A stretch of 64,000 nucleotides of DNA from an uncultured Eubacteriales bacterium (GCA_964422165.1 CAYQZX010000022.1:65002-129001); one strand, 5' to 3'. Numbered from the stretch's first letter, positions 1 through 10,681 are shown. A program made the numbers and translations. Notes: generated by a model from the letters alone, not told the origin.

Positions 1-431
1 GTGAAAGAGCTCTATTCGGGGAAGTAATCAATACTCTGGTTAATAAAAGGAAAATTAGTGCTCCCATTGTCATTGGACGTGACCATCTGGATACCGGTTC
101 GGTAGCCTCCCCCAACCGGGAGACCGAAAAGATGAAGGATGGTTCCGATGCCATCGCTGACTGGCCGATTTTAAACGCTCTGCTCAACGCCGTCTGTGGA
201 GCCAGCTGGGTTTCAGTCCATCACGGCGGGGGTGTGGGAATTGGTTATTCCATTCACGCAGGAATGGTCATTGTGGCTGACGGCTCGGCCGCTATGGCCC
301 GGCGTCTTCAAAGAGTGCTAACTGTAGATCCAGGAATAGGGGTAGTCAGACATGCCGATGCCGGATATGAAGAAGCCATATCCTGTGCCCGGAAAAACAA
401 AATTAAGATTCCGATGCTGCCCAAAAAATAG
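1..431 (+). CDS. hutU: Urocanate hydratase (urocanase), C-terminal fragment. The gene starts upstream of the window
   Basis: The reading frame is open to the window edge. The C-terminal sequence [35 protein letters not shown]....[15 protein letters not shown] matches the conserved urocanase C-terminus. Confidence 0.8.
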   Translation, partial: ERALFGEVINTLVNKRKISAPIVIGRDHLDTGSVASPNRETEKMKDGSDAIADWPILNALLNAVCGASWVSVHHGGGVGIGYSIHAGMVIVADGSAAMARRLQRVLTVDPGIGVVRHADAGYEEAISCARKNKIKIPMLPKK

Positions 432-545
432 AGGTCAGCTTAAGTAATTGAAAAGTCAGTTGATAAAAAACTTTTTACGCTGAGGTTTAATAATTTTCTG
501 GCCTGAAGCTTCAATTTTCATTATCCTTGAAGCCAGGGAGAAAAG

Positions 546-1241
546 ATGTTTTATTTTCCGGTAATCCTCTTTTTTCTGATTTTTTATTTTATCCTTCTCG
601 GGGGACTTTTCTTTTTTCTAAAGATAGGGCTTATCTCCATTGCCTTTCAGAAATTAGGTCTGCCTCCAGAGCTGGTTTTTCTGCTGTTGCTTTTCTGCCT
701 CCTTGGAAGCGGCCTCAACATTCCGGTAAAAAGATTGTATTCCGAAAACCTGGTATCCGAAAGAACCATAGAATTTTTCGGCTGGAAATTCGTAGTGCCT
801 GAGATCCGGTATCGAAATACCACCATCCTTGCGGTAAACCTTGGTGGAGCGGTTATTCCGGCTGGCTTAAGCTTTTTTTTGATTTTAAGATGGTGGCCTC
901 TGGTGTTGTATTTTGCTGCTGGAACTCTCATTGTGGCTCTTCTGGTTAACCGGGTAGCCAGGCCGATTAAGGGATTGGGAATTGCCACTCCAGCCCTTTT
1001 TCCGCCCTTTCTGGCGGCTCTGGTGGCTTTTCTTCTCGGGCTACTGAGTCCATCTGGCCTGGCCGCAACTCCGGTCATAGCTTATGTTTCTGGAACGCTC
1101 GGGACTTTGATTGGGGCTGATCTGATGAACCTAAAAAAGATAGCCGGGCTGGGAGCTCCGGTGGCTTCAATAGGAGGAGCCGGGACTTTTGACGGGGTTT
1201 TCCTGACCGGAATTCTGGCAGTAGTTCTCACCGGTTTTTAA
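546..1241 (+). CDS. Polytopic integral membrane protein, DUF1614-like, function unknown
   Basis: 231-aa ORF that is hydrophobic throughout with at least 6 predicted TM segments. It has Gly/Ala-rich helices and a GADL motif reminiscent of DUF1614, but no catalytic motif. Confidence 0.45.
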   Translation: MFYFPVILFFLIFYFILLGGLFFFLKIGLISIAFQKLGLPPELVFLLLLFCLLGSGLNIPVKRLYSENLVSERTIEFFGWKFVVPEIRYRNTTILAVNLGGAVIPAGLSFFLILRWWPLVLYFAAGTLIVALLVNRVARPIKGLGIATPALFPPFLAALVAFLLGLLSPSGLAATPVIAYVSGTLGTLIGADLMNLKKIAGLGAPVASIGGAGTFDGVFLTGILAVVLTGF

Positions 1242-1292
1242 TCTCTTGCTTAAAGTACAGGCTCTGGTTTTTTCTCCAGGAATTTACCCGGG

Positions 1293-4200
1293 TTAAGAGG
1301 AAAGTTTACTCTTAAATCGGGCTTTAACCTGCTCTACGAAAGCTTCCAGTCGGGTGAGTTCGCTGGCTGAGCCGGTTTCTCCAAAAACCAGGGTTGGGAG
1401 AGGAATGTGGTCAAAATCGTTTCTGATTCGGGCGGAGATGGCTGCTGAAGCCGTCCCTAACATGCAGTTAAAGCAGATGACGTTGATTATTCCATCAGCC
1501 CCTTTGCGGGCAAAATCAATCATCCTGGCCACATTCAGGAAGAGGGTCTGGTTATTGTTATAATCAAGGTAAGCGACTGCCGATTCTACAATTTCTTTAT
1601 AACCCGGCTCTCTGGTTTTAAGTTCAGAGATCTCCAGCTTTTTGACTACCTCTCGTCTCTTAACCTCTTTTACCAGGTTCAGTCCAGCCGACTTCAGAGC
1701 TTCGGCCAGGCTTCCGGAGGATAATTTGTTGTAAAATTCTCGGCTGAAACTGAAGTCTATTTCGTCAACCAGAAAAGGGGAAGGCCAGACTTCGCAGCCC
1801 AGCTTTTCCAGCTGATGGTAGAGATAATTGTTGGCAAACGGGTTCTGGCGGGTGTAGATATCGCCGGCTATGCCAATAACCGGACGTTTTTCAGCTCTGG
1901 TTTTGATCTTTTTCAACTGGCAGCTGATTTTTTGAAGGGTCTCGTCCAGCCGGTTTTCGGCCAGTCCAGCCTCTAAAGATTTAAGGCTTTCTCTGAAAGC
2001 CTGGTCAGTTTCCCCTCGGTTGATTTCGTAGGGGCGAGTCTGACAGGCAATTTTGATGAGTCGGTCGGTGGCCACCAGACCCTGCCACAGACTTTTCAGG
2101 CCTTCAAATCCGATGAGTTTCCAGAAGTAGTTTATAGTTGGAGTGAGGACCAGAAGACCGTTGAGATTAAGGTCGAAGAGCAGGTGTCTCATGGCCGGCC
2201 CGTATTGCTGCAGGAGACAGGAATACCTGGCTCCGGGGAAAAAGAAGACAGCAGGTTGCTTCTGATTATGGCTCATAGCAAACTTGAGCAGGTCGCCGAG
2301 GAGAAAAGAATAAGCATGACATTCCTTGCCGGACGAGTATTTTTCTCCCAGTTCCAGACTTTTTTCATCCGGGGGTGGCAGAACTTCAGCCTGAAAACCA
2401 CATTGCTTAAGCACTCCAGCGAAAACAACTGCATGGTCGGCAAAGTATGGAATAATAAAGCGGAAATTTTTTAGCTCTTCAGTTGGAAGAGTTTCCGGGT
2501 CTTGAACTTTTCTTTTTAAGCTGAGGCCCCGCCCGGCTAACTGATTTTGGGTGATTTCATCGGCAAAGGCTTCCAGTCTGGTAACAAGGCCGGCTTCACC
2601 GCGGTGCTCGTCAAATTCCAGAAAAAGATGCGGTTTGGCAGCAACCAGGTTTTTCAGATGCTTAATCGTAAACCCATCCAGCCCGCAACCGTAGCTGCTT
2701 AGAAAAACGGTCAGAGCCCGTTGTGACTGGCTGGACCAGAAAGCAGCTTTTAGCAGCTGGCGGGGATAACGCCACGGAGGCAGATCTGAAGGTTCTAACG
2801 GTAGATCAGAAAGAGAGACACTTTCTAATGGCAGGTAGTCAACCGGAATAGCTGTCACCCCTATCTTTTCCAGATGAAACCAGAGATTGAGGTTTAGGTA
2901 ATTATCATAAAGCAAATAAGGGCGTCCGGAGATTATCCAGAGATTTTTATCCCGGGACTGAGTTATAATCTCCTGACCGAGGGCTTTTAATTTCTCCTTG
3001 AATTCAAGATGAGCTTTCCACGAAGACTCCCAGGCCGCTTTTATTATTTCTTCAGGTTCTTTGAGCAGTCGGGATAGAGATTTTAAGTTGTCTTGAAGGC
3101 TGTTTTCATCTGGTTCCAGGTAAATATGGCAGGTCAGTAGTTTTGACCGGAGAGACTCCGGTAACATAGAAGGCAGATGCTCGGTGTAAGGACAAAAATA
3201 GTAAGAATCTGTTTTGCTCCGGTGGCTGTCTACAAACGATGGAAAGAAAACCAGATCTACTTCGGGATCGTTTTGGAGATAGCTTATATGCCCGAGAGCA
3301 ATTTTTACTGGCAGGCAGGTTTCGGCTGTTTGATGTTTTACTCCAGCTTCCAGTATTTCCTGATTGGTCTCCGGAGAGACTTTAACCCGGTAACCCAGAT
3401 GACGGAAAAATTTGAACCAGAAAGGCAGAAATTCCTGAAAAACTGAAGCCCGTGGAAGGCCGATAGTCAGCTGGTTGATTTTCTTTTCCTGGGGCTCGGT
3501 TAGCATTTCTTCAAGCAGCTTATTCCTGTAAATCAGCGGGTTATGATATTGAGTTCTGGAATCTTCCAGTTTGGACTGGGTGGTGAAACGTTCACAGATA
3601 TCTCCAAAGTAGACGGTTTCCTGGCCGGAAGAGATGGAAACCACCTGACAGCGGTTAGAGCAGTGACGGCACTCAAAGGAAGTCAGATTGAAGGGCTGAA
3701 GTAGTTTTTCTTTAATTTCTTCAGCCGATAAAGATTTCTTGCCGATTTTTCTAACTTTTTCTTTAGCTTCAAGAGCTGCTCCGATGGCTCCGGAAATACG
3801 GTTATAAGGATGAACTTTTATCTCTTTTCCCAGCAAATTAGAAAAAGCCCTGACTACCGCCTGGTTTGAAGCCACTCCTCCCTGGAAGATAATTTCTTTC
3901 CCAATCGGCCTTCTTTCAACTACTTTTTCCAGGTAGTTGCGGGCAATGGAATAAGCCAGTCCGGCCACCAGATCTGGTAGCGGGCAGTTCTGAGCTGAAG
4001 CCCTTATCAGCTCAGACTCCATAAAAACGGTACAGCGGCTTCCCAGGTCATAAGGACTGGTAGAAAGTGAGGCCAGACGGGCAAAATCCGTTTCTATTCT
4101 GAAACCCAGCTGGGCAGCCTGCTCTTCCAGGAAAGAACCGGTGCCAGCAGCGCAGATTTTGTTCAGGTTAAAGTCAACCACCCGGCCTTTTTCAACCTGG

Positions 4201-5489
4201 AGGTACTTGGAATCCTGCCCGCCTATTTCAAATATGGAGTCAGCCTCAGGAAAATAAAAACAGGCACTTCTTCTCTGACAGGTGATTTCGTTCTTAATAG
4301 AATCAGCTTTGACCAGACGTCCGGCCAGGTAGCGGCCGCTTCCAGTGGTTCCAATGCCCAGGATTTTTAAACCGGCCGGACAGCGAGCAAATAGGATTTT
4401 GAAGCCTTCCTTTAAAGCCTCTAAAGGCTGGCCGCGGGTAGGCAGGTAAACCCCAGTCAAGATTTTGTTGTTTTCGTCGAGTAAAACCAGGTTGGTGCTG
4501 ACCGAGCCGATGTCTATTCCCAGATAAGCTTCTACTGGGCCGGTCAGAGGCTTTTCAGGTTCAGAGGGAGGTTGGTTCATCAGCTGACCAAGCGGAGGCA
4601 GGAAACTGCTGGTTTTCTCCTGGCCAGGTTTTAATTCATCCAGGATGCTCTCCAGAGAGGAGTAAGACTCAGGCGACAGGTTTTTTCCTGCCAGAAGGGC
4701 CGCTCCGATTGCTGGAACAAAAGGCGAATCTTTGGAGTAAAAAACCTGATCTTCTCTGGCATTCAGGATGGTGGATAAGGCTCTGACCAGGCCGGCGTTT
4801 TTGGTAGTTCCACCGGACAGGGCCACTGGCAGCTCACAGGTTTTTCCCTTAAGCAAGGACGAGCTGACAGACCGGGCCAGGGCCAGGCAAACACCGTAAG
4901 CTATTTCTTCCACTGGAGTGCCCTTTTGCTGCAGATGAATCATATCCGATTTAGCAAAGACGCTACAACGGCCGGCAACCCGGGCTGCTTTTCTGGCCCG
5001 GCTGGCCAGTTCGGAAAATTTCTCCAGGGGCAGTTTCAGCCGGTAAGCCTGTTGCTCCAGGAAAAGGCCGGTACCGGCGGCACATCTTTCGTTAAAAGCA
5101 AATTCGGTAATTTCCGGTAAGAAGCTGTTATCAATTGCTGTACCGAACTGCACCCAGCGGGCAGTCTCGGCGCCTACGTCAAAAGCAGAGCGGGCTTGAG
5201 GGAAAAGATATCTAACGCCTGAGGCCAGGCAAGTTATCTCGTTTATTTTTTTTACCTGGTCAGGAAACAGGAGCCCAGAAGAACCTGACCCGGTTACTCC
5301 CACAGCTAAGGCCCCGTTGCCGAGGACAGAGCTATTTCTCTGAAGAATTCTCTTTAAAGCAACCCGAAGATTTCCCCGGACTGGTTCGTAATCCTTAGCG
5401 ATGATTTCTGACTTCCGGTCTAAGATGACCAGCTTAAGGGTACTGACACCAAGGTCCAGACCGACCATCATTCTTTCCATAAGTTGCAC
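1293..5489 (-). CDS. Giant fusion protein: two BadF/BadG/BcrA/BcrD(HgdC)-type activase ATPase domains plus a 2-hydroxyacyl-CoA dehydratase-like module (DUF2229 with an HgdB/BcrB-like domain)
   Basis: Two acetate/sugar-kinase-fold ATPase starts (VGLDLGVSTLKLVILD and LGIDIGSVSTNLVLLD), each with a CAAGTG(L/S)FLE motif. These are followed by Cys clusters (CRHCSNRC, CFNCMLGT) in a 780-aa C-terminal region typical of the dehydratase component. Confidence 0.75.
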   Translation of the reverse strand: MQLMERMMVGLDLGVSTLKLVILDRKSEIIAKDYEPVRGNLRVALKRILQRNSSVLGNGALAVGVTGSGSSGLLFPDQVKKINEITCLASGVRYLFPQARSAFDVGAETARWVQFGTAIDNSFLPEITEFAFNERCAAGTGLFLEQQAYRLKLPLEKFSELASRARKAARVAGRCSVFAKSDMIHLQQKGTPVEEIAYGVCLALARSVSSSLLKGKTCELPVALSGGTTKNAGLVRALSTILNAREDQVFYSKDSPFVPAIGAALLAGKNLSPESYSSLESILDELKPGQEKTSSFLPPLGQLMNQPPSEPEKPLTGPVEAYLGIDIGSVSTNLVLLDENNKILTGVYLPTRGQPLEALKEGFKILFARCPAGLKILGIGTTGSGRYLAGRLVKADSIKNEITCQRRSACFYFPEADSIFEIGGQDSKYLQVEKGRVVDFNLNKICAAGTGSFLEEQAAQLGFRIETDFARLASLSTSPYDLGSRCTVFMESELIRASAQNCPLPDLVAGLAYSIARNYLEKVVERRPIGKEIIFQGGVASNQAVVRAFSNLLGKEIKVHPYNRISGAIGAALEAKEKVRKIGKKSLSAEEIKEKLLQPFNLTSFECRHCSNRCQVVSISSGQETVYFGDICERFTTQSKLEDSRTQYHNPLIYRNKLLEEMLTEPQEKKINQLTIGLPRASVFQEFLPFWFKFFRHLGYRVKVSPETNQEILEAGVKHQTAETCLPVKIALGHISYLQNDPEVDLVFFPSFVDSHRSKTDSYYFCPYTEHLPSMLPESLRSKLLTCHIYLEPDENSLQDNLKSLSRLLKEPEEIIKAAWESSWKAHLEFKEKLKALGQEIITQSRDKNLWIISGRPYLLYDNYLNLNLWFHLEKIGVTAIPVDYLPLESVSLSDLPLEPSDLPPWRYPRQLLKAAFWSSQSQRALTVFLSSYGCGLDGFTIKHLKNLVAAKPHLFLEFDEHRGEAGLVTRLEAFADEITQNQLAGRGLSLKRKVQDPETLPTEELKNFRFIIPYFADHAVVFAGVLKQCGFQAEVLPPPDEKSLELGEKYSSGKECHAYSFLLGDLLKFAMSHNQKQPAVFFFPGARYSCLLQQYGPAMRHLLFDLNLNGLLVLTPTINYFWKLIGFEGLKSLWQGLVATDRLIKIACQTRPYEINRGETDQAFRESLKSLEAGLAENRLDETLQKISCQLKKIKTRAEKRPVIGIAGDIYTRQNPFANNYLYHQLEKLGCEVWPSPFLVDEIDFSFSREFYNKLSSGSLAEALKSAGLNLVKEVKRREVVKKLEISELKTREPGYKEIVESAVAYLDYNNNQTLFLNVARMIDFARKGADGIINVICFNCMLGTASAAISARIRNDFDHIPLPTLVFGETGSASELTRLEAFVEQVKARFKSKLSS

Positions 5490-5505
5490 CTCGTGAGAAA
5501 TCGAA

Positions 5506-6462
5506 TTAAGAAAGAAGTTTTAAGAGTCTGTAGTCGTCCTGGAAAATTAGCCTTTTGGGCTGAATCGCCATTTCGAGCGGTATCAATTCTATTTTTTCAT
5601 TTTTCAAGGAGACACATCTATCGGTATGACCAACTAAAAGAGCTTGAACTGCAGCCTCGCCCAGCCTGGTGCCAAGTATTCGGTCAAAGGCGGTCGGACG
5701 GCCTCCCCGCTGGATATGTCCGAGAACGGCAATTCTGGTTTCCAGACCGGTGAGCAAGGTGATAGCCGTGGCTACATCCTGGGCCCGGGCTTTGCCTTCA
5801 GCCACAATGATTATCCAGCTTACCTTGCCCTGGGCATTGCCCCGCTGGATTTCCCGACAGATTTCATTGAGGTCGAAATCCTGTTCAGGAAGGATGACGT
5901 CTTCACATCCACCAGCCAGAGCTACTTTCATGGCCAGATAACCACAGTCGCGGCCCATAACCTCGACCACAAAAATTCTTTCTAAACTGGTAGCTGTGTC
6001 CCTGATTTTGTCAAGGGCGTCAAGGGCCACGTTAACTGCGGTGTCCGCCCCAATGCAGAAATCAACCCCGTTAACATCATTATCGATGGTGGCCGGAATA
6101 CCCATCACTCTAAGGCCGTATTTAGTAGCCAGTAGATGGGCAGCGGTAAGCGAACCGTTCCCGCCTATGACTATAAGTCCGTCTATTTTGTTTTCTTCAA
6201 TAGTTTTTAAGGCCTGTTTCTGGCCTTCTTCAGTCAAAAATCTCTCCGAGCGGGCCGACTTAAGGATAGTACCTCCCTGGTTGATTATCCCGGAAACTGA
6301 ACGACGATCAAGCGGCTGGAGACGATTATCTATCAAGCCATCATAACCCCTGAGAATCCCAACTACTTCCACCTGATAGCCACTGGCTGTGCGGACCACA
6401 GCCCGTAAAGCAGCATTGACTCCAGCACAATCTCTGGTTATTACAGCAATCTTTTTGACCAT
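5506..6462 (-). CDS. pfkA: ATP-dependent 6-phosphofructokinase
   Basis: IGGNGS (the GGDGS equivalent), MGRDCGYLA, PATIDNDV and HIQRGG motifs; 318 aa. Confidence 0.85.
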   Translation of the reverse strand: MVKKIAVITRDCAGVNAALRAVVRTASGYQVEVVGILRGYDGLIDNRLQPLDRRSVSGIINQGGTILKSARSERFLTEEGQKQALKTIEENKIDGLIVIGGNGSLTAAHLLATKYGLRVMGIPATIDNDVNGVDFCIGADTAVNVALDALDKIRDTATSLERIFVVEVMGRDCGYLAMKVALAGGCEDVILPEQDFDLNEICREIQRGNAQGKVSWIIIVAEGKARAQDVATAITLLTGLETRIAVLGHIQRGGRPTAFDRILGTRLGEAAVQALLVGHTDRCVSLKNEKIELIPLEMAIQPKRLIFQDDYRLLKLLS

Positions 6463-6510
6463 CTTAATAACCCCAGACCTGAGTTTTGATGATAATACCA
6501 GATTTGGATT

Positions 6511-6828
6511 TCAGTTTAAAGACCGACCACAGTAGGGACAGAAGCTAAAATCCTTCTCTAGCCGGCCTCCGCAGTCAGGGCACAGCTCATTCTGCCTGGT
6601 GAAGTCATAAGGTTTGTCTTGAGTTTCCGAGATTGATTCCAGCCCGCAATTTTCGCAGCTGAAAAACGGTTTTCCCTTTTTTACCGGGAAGAGCGGTATG
6701 AAAAAAAGGTTAAGGTAATGATCAATTCTTATTCTGAAAAAAGAATGGTGGCCGCACCTCAGACAAACCCGGGGCAACTCATCCAGCTTCCTGACTTTCG
6801 GAGTAATCCCTCCAATGAAAAAAAACAT
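6511..6828 (-). CDS. Small zinc-ribbon domain protein
   Basis: Three CxxC-type pairs (CLRCGHH, CENCG, CPDCGG...CPYCG) in 105 aa. It lies directly downstream of the symporter in the same orientation. Confidence 0.4.
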   Translation of the reverse strand: MFFFIGGITPKVRKLDELPRVCLRCGHHSFFRIRIDHYLNLFFIPLFPVKKGKPFFSCENCGLESISETQDKPYDFTRQNELCPDCGGRLEKDFSFCPYCGRSLN

Positions 6829-6830
6829 CT

Positions 6831-8321
6831 TCAGTGGTGTCCTTTCATGTATTTCATAAATTCTTCAACTCGGGCTGGAGGCTCCGTTTTCAAGCTCACC
6901 AGGATTACTGCGATAAACGACAGAATAAAAGCTGGAACCCATTCTGAAACCATAGCTTTTAAGGGAGGAATCAGGTACCAGACAATTTCGGTGGTGGTGC
7001 CCACCAGAATGCCAGCGATAACTCCTTCCTTAGTTGTTTTTTTCCAGTATAAAGAAAGAAGCATGGCTGGTCCGAAAGCCGCTCCCAGACCACCCCAGGC
7101 GAAGAGAACCAGGTAAAATACCAGTTTGTCGGCATAGGCGGCAAAAAGCAGTGCTACCAGGGCAATGATTAAGGTGAAAGACCGGCTGATGAGGACCAGG
7201 GTTTTTTCTGAAAGCTGTTTATTCTTAGCCAGTATTTTCTGATAGGCATCGCGGACAAGGGCTGAAGAAGCAACCAGAAGCTGAGATGAAGCCGTAGACA
7301 TGATGGCCGCAAAAATGGCCGCTATGGTCAGACCGAACAGAAAAGGATGAAGATGCTGAGAGCCCAGAAGCGGATAGACATTCTCCGGGTCCTTTCCTGG
7401 CAGGTTGGCCACATCCTGATAAAGAGCCCGGCCTGCCAGGCCGATGAAAATTGCTCCCCAGGCCATGAGCACATTCCAAATAGTGCCAATGAGAGCGGTT
7501 TTATTCAGCTTTTCAGGGTCGTCGATGCTCATATACTTGTTAAGGATGTGGGGATTTCCGGGGGAACCGAAGCCGATGCCTACATAGCTGAGCCAGGCTC
7601 CAAAGGTAAGAGAAAAAGTGTCAAGGTATTTCGGGGAAAAAGCCTGCAGAATAGAAAGAAGCTGGCCCAGTCCTCCGAAATGAACAATGGCAATTATTGG
7701 AAGAATCATTAGGGCAAAAATCATGAACAGGGCCTGAAGGGTATCAGTCAAACAGACTGCGAGAAAACCACCCAGAACAGTGTAGAAAATGACTATTCCA
7801 GCGGTTATCAGGATTCCCTGAAGCGGGCTCAGGTTAAAGCTGGCAGCTAAGGATTTACCGCCGGCATTGAACTGAGCTGAGACATAGGCAGTCATGAAAA
7901 TGAGGATTGGGATTAAAGCGAAAATACGGAGCAGGTGTTTGTGATCTTCAAATCTGGACTCAAAATAATCGGGGATAGTAATATCGCCCATCTTACCGGT
8001 GAAATAGCGGAGTCTTTTACCGGGAAAGATGAACATAAAAAGCTCTACTACTATGTAGCCTGCTACTGCCCAGACGGCTGAGACCCCTCGGGTAAAAGCC
8101 AATCCCGAAACTCCTATTAGCAGCCAGGCGGAACGACCAGAAGTCACAGCGGCCATAGCTACCACAAAAGATTTCATCTGGCGTCCACCCAGGAAGAATT
8201 CTCCTATCCCTCTTGAAGAGAACCTGGCTGAAATGATGCCAACGGCAACCATCATCAATACATAGATGACAAAAGCGGCCAAAGACCAGGGATTGGTATT
8301 AAGGCTGAGGGCGTTCATTTT
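6831..8321 (-). CDS. Sodium:solute symporter family (SSS) transporter, PutP/PanF-like
   Basis: About 13 TM helices with an SSS-like N-terminal consensus region. I chose the start at Met 8321 (MNALSLN) because it follows the AAGGAGG RBS, whereas the longer ORF from 8429 has no SD. Confidence 0.75.
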   Translation of the reverse strand, partial: KMNALSLNTNPWSLAAFVIYVLMMVAVGIISARFSSRGIGEFFLGGRQMKSFVVAMAAVTSGRSAWLLIGVSGLAFTRGVSAVWAVAGYIVVELFMFIFPGKRLRYFTGKMGDITIPDYFESRFEDHKHLLRIFALIPILIFMTAYVSAQFNAGGKSLAASFNLSPLQGILITAGIVIFYTVLGGFLAVCLTDTLQALFMIFALMILPIIAIVHFGGLGQLLSILQAFSPKYLDTFSLTFGAWLSYVGIGFGSPGNPHILNKYMSIDDPEKLNKTALIGTIWNVLMAWGAIFIGLAGRALYQDVANLPGKDPENVYPLLGSQHLHPFLFGLTIAAIFAAIMSTASSQLLVASSALVRDAYQKILAKNKQLSEKTLVLISRSFTLIIALVALLFAAYADKLVFYLVLFAWGGLGAAFGPAMLLSLYWKKTTKEGVIAGILVGTTTEIVWYLIPPLKAMVSEWVPAFILSFIAVILVSLKTEPPARVEEFMKYMKGHH

Positions 8322-8542
8322 AGCCCTCCTTTTCTTAAAGTTAAAGCAAAGGCAATAATTAAAATGACTGCTGGCATGATGAATAAGCCGAAATAGGTTG
8401 ACAGCATAGTCACCTCCCTTAGATGGCATAAATTATCATAGCCCGATTTTATCTGCAATTGTTGGGTTCTTATTTGATTTTTATGGAAGAAAAGGCTGAT
8501 TTATGGTATGAATTAAATCTTATCTGTAAACGGAGGCTATTG

Positions 8543-10681
8543 ATGAAAGAGAAAAAAATGATAGTGGTAGTAATTTTCCTCAGCTTTATTTTATTGCTGG
8601 TAGCTTCTGCCTGCCGGCGGTCAGCTCAAGAGAAAGTCAACTATCCCCAGACCAGAAAGGAAGCAGTGGTGGATGATTATTTTGGAGTGGCTGTGCCCGA
8701 CCCCTACCGCTGGCTGGAGGATGATAATTCTGAGGAAACTAAAAAATGGGTAGAAGAACAGAATAAAGTGACCTTTGCTTTTCTGGAAAAAATTCCTTAC
8801 CGGGAGAAAATTAGGTCAAGGCTAAAAGAAATTTACAACTATCCCCGAATGAGCCAGCCTATCAGGGCCGGTGAGTATTATTTCTTCTACAAAAACGATG
8901 GACTTCAAAACCAGTCGGTTATTTACATCCAGAAGGGACTGGAGGGACAGCCTGAAGTTTTCATAGATCCTAACCAGCTCTCACCTGATGGGACGGTCAG
9001 CATTAGATTAGCCGGGTTCTCGCCAGACTTCCGTTATGTAGCTATAACCCGGTCCGAAGCCGGCTCGGATTGGTCAGAAATCAGGGTAATGGAGATTGCT
9101 ACCAGGAAAGAACTGCCGGATCGCATCCGGTGGATTAAATTTTCTGGTGCTGCCTGGTACCAGGATGGGTTTTTCTACAGCGGATATGATAAGCCGGCTC
9201 CAGGGGAGGAGCTTAAAGCCCGCAATGAATTCCAGAAGGTTTTTTACCACCGGCTTGGTGAACCACAGGAGAAAGATGTTCTGGTTTATGAAGACCGGAA
9301 TAACCCGCTTCGCTATTTTAACCTGGGTGTTACTGAAGACCAGAAATACGCCATTCTGGAGGTTTCAGCCGGTACCTCCGGTAACGAGCTTTACTGGAAG
9401 GACTTAAGTCAGAAAAAGGCGGATTTCAAACTTCTTATTCCCGGGTTTGAAAATGATAGCGAAGTCATTGACAACCTGGGCGATAAATTTCTGGTCAGGA
9501 CTAACATTGGCGCTCCTAATTACCGTCTGGTACTGGTAGACCCGAGAAACCCATCCCAGGAAAACTGGAAGGAAATTTTTCCTGAAAAACCAGAAGTGCT
9601 AACCGCGGCTCTGACGGCGGGTGGATATGTTTTTGGAGTTTATCTTCAGGATGCTCACACCAGGGTTTATCAGTATTTACCTGATGGTTCTCTGGTTAGA
9701 GAAGTGGAATTGCCGGCTATTGGGACGGCTTCTGGTTTTGGCGGCTGGCGGGATGATAAAGTGGTCTTTTACACCTTCCAGTCCTTTAACTATCCGCCGA
9801 CTATTTACAAATTTGACCTGGCTTCCGGTCAGTCAGAAATCTTTGCCAGACAGGAAGTAAAGTTCAGGCCAGAAGATTTTGAAGTCAAACAGGTTTTTTA
9901 TCAGAGCAAGGATGGGACCAGGGTACCGATGTTCATTGTTCATAAAAAGGGCCTGATGCTGGACGGCAAAAATCCGGCCTTTCTTACCGGTTACGGCGGT
10001 TTTAACATCAGCCTTCTGCCTTCATTCAACCCGTCGATCGTGCCCATTCTGGAAAACGATGGGGTTTTTGCCCAACCCAACCTCAGGGGTGGGGGTGAGT
10101 ACGGAGAAAACTGGCACCGGGCCGGGATGCTGGAGAACAAACAGAATGTTTTCGACGATTTTATCGCAGCTGCCGAATATTTGATAAAAGAAAAATATAC
10201 CTCTCCGAAGTACCTGGCTATTTCCGGGGCCTCAAACGGAGGTCTGCTTGTTGGAGCGGTAATGACCCAGAGGCCAGAGCTCTTCCGGGTAGCCTTTCCG
10301 GCAGTCGGAGTCCTGGATATGCTCCGCTACCACAAATTTACGGTCGGCTGGGGCTGGGTGGTTGAGTACGGGTCAAGTGAGCGGGAAGACCAGTTCCGAT
10401 ATCTTATAAAATATTCGCCGCTGCACAATGTCCGGGAAGGCGTATGTTATCCTGCCACGCTGATTACCACAGCTGACCATGACGACCGGGTAGTCCCGGC
10501 TCACTCTTTCAAGTTTGCAGCTACTCTTCAAGAAAAACAGAGCTGTCGCAACCCGGTTTTAATCCGAATAGAGACTCGCTCCGGACACGGTTCAAGCAAC
10601 ATCACCAAAGCCATAGATGAGCTGACGGATAAGTATGCTTTTATGTTCTATGTGATGGGACTGAGGCCTATCTACCGCTAA
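8543..10681 (+). CDS. Prolyl oligopeptidase (S9A family), secreted or membrane-anchored
   Basis: N-terminal signal-like hydrophobic segment, a beta-propeller region, and a C-terminal alpha/beta hydrolase with the GASNGGLL nucleophile elbow and catalytic Asp/His (ADHDDRV, SGHG). The start at 8543 is preceded by GGAGG. Confidence 0.85.
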   Translation: MKEKKMIVVVIFLSFILLLVASACRRSAQEKVNYPQTRKEAVVDDYFGVAVPDPYRWLEDDNSEETKKWVEEQNKVTFAFLEKIPYREKIRSRLKEIYNYPRMSQPIRAGEYYFFYKNDGLQNQSVIYIQKGLEGQPEVFIDPNQLSPDGTVSIRLAGFSPDFRYVAITRSEAGSDWSEIRVMEIATRKELPDRIRWIKFSGAAWYQDGFFYSGYDKPAPGEELKARNEFQKVFYHRLGEPQEKDVLVYEDRNNPLRYFNLGVTEDQKYAILEVSAGTSGNELYWKDLSQKKADFKLLIPGFENDSEVIDNLGDKFLVRTNIGAPNYRLVLVDPRNPSQENWKEIFPEKPEVLTAALTAGGYVFGVYLQDAHTRVYQYLPDGSLVREVELPAIGTASGFGGWRDDKVVFYTFQSFNYPPTIYKFDLASGQSEIFARQEVKFRPEDFEVKQVFYQSKDGTRVPMFIVHKKGLMLDGKNPAFLTGYGGFNISLLPSFNPSIVPILENDGVFAQPNLRGGGEYGENWHRAGMLENKQNVFDDFIAAAEYLIKEKYTSPKYLAISGASNGGLLVGAVMTQRPELFRVAFPAVGVLDMLRYHKFTVGWGWVVEYGSSEREDQFRYLIKYSPLHNVREGVCYPATLITTADHDDRVVPAHSFKFAATLQEKQSCRNPVLIRIETRSGHGSSNITKAIDELTDKYAFMFYVMGLRPIYR

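Noticed and set aside
647-1078. 143-aa ORF on the minus strand inside the 546..1241 membrane-protein gene
   Set aside because: It is entirely antisense to a longer, strongly hydrophobic ORF. The Arg/Pro/Ala-rich composition is typical of out-of-frame translation of the Gly/Ala/Leu codons on the other strand.
8322-8429. N-terminal 36-codon extension of the SSS symporter ORF (MPSKGGDYAVNLF...)
   Set aside because: The internal Met at 8321 is preceded by a perfect AAGGAGG RBS, and the extension would be an unusual, non-hydrophobic leader. I annotated the shorter gene.
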